Of a stretch of 64,000 bases of DNA, positions 63,426-64,000 are shown in pieces (positions within the stretch are counted from its first letter, which is position 1; every line of letters begins with the position of its first letter). This DNA is from Cycas panzhihuaensis (Eukaryota > Plantae > Cycadophyta). A program made the translations under genes and the position numbers. The notes beneath the pieces are model-generated. The model made no database searches, was not told where the DNA came from, and saw only the letters and a list, made by a program, of their open reading frames with translations. The stretch is from contig CM041465.1 in assembly GCA_023213395.1 (NCBI GenBank), positions 1-64,000 of the forward strand. Reading direction: 5' to 3'.

Positions 63426-64000
63426 AGCAACACCTATGCGCCTGTGTAGAATCTGGTCTCGAAACCAAACATGCAATCGAGGCAAAGGGACTAATGGCTC
63501 ATACCGCCCTCGGCGTGATTAGCAGCCTCCGTGAACAAGGCGACTCAAGGGGGGACCCAAGAAACCAAAACGCCCGTGACATACATGCCAGAGGCAGAGA
63601 AAACATCCAATATATGTGTCGGGGTGAAAGACCACCCCAACCACCTGGGTCGAGAAGCTCATCGGTATGGTACGGTCTTTGGTTAAAGGCTACAAACTAC
63701 CTATCTAGTACCCAAATTAGGGAAAACGAGTTGAGACCAAAAGGACCGCTTCTTGGAAACAAATGTAGTGGGTGCAACGAGCCCAACGGCTTTCTGCTCT
63801 TCCCAGACACGGACCGACTCAAGAAACGGTGAGTCGTAAAATGGAGACCCGTGAACTAAAACTTATACACGGTGCTATGGGTGAAGGCACGAACACCCAA
63901 GTGAGTTAAGATTGTTGTTGATAGGGGACGTGAGCTCAGCCCGCACTAAAAAAAGGCATGATTGGTGCAAACTCGGGAAAACGACAACGAGGAACTATTC

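Overview
This window is part of a plant nuclear 35S/45S rDNA tandem array lying on the minus strand, most likely from a gymnosperm (5.8S motif CTCGCCACGATGAAGA, ITS1 about 620-650 bp, spacer about 16.6 kb). It holds two near-complete 18S-ITS1-5.8S-ITS2-26S units (12844-18707 and 48323-54261) and an orphan 26S-5'/ITS2 fragment embedded in spacer DNA (7323-9793). It also contains three copies of a highly modular ETS/IGS built from subrepeat families of about 305, 450, 370, 123, 46-48 and 51 bp. One spacer carries a full-length 13.04-kb Ty3/gypsy Tat-type LTR retrotransposon (27884-40927) with 2.5-kb LTRs and a GGGGA target-site duplication; the empty site is visible in the next unit. Unusually, its archaeal-type RNase H is a separate ORF about 680 bp downstream of the integrase stop. 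Both spacers that can be checked also carry a Ty1/copia RNase H-PPT-LTR remnant. The complete spacer has a pair of inverted 46-48-bp arrays flanking a 3.3-kb core. rRNA and retroelement sequences show systematic CTG>CCG/TCG and CAG>CG(T) changes plus small deletions, which look like uncorrected nanopore miscalls at methylated CHG sites. Most frameshifts and most ORFs in the track should therefore not be taken literally. No host protein-coding gene is supported. Boundaries of repeats and domains are approximate, read by eye.
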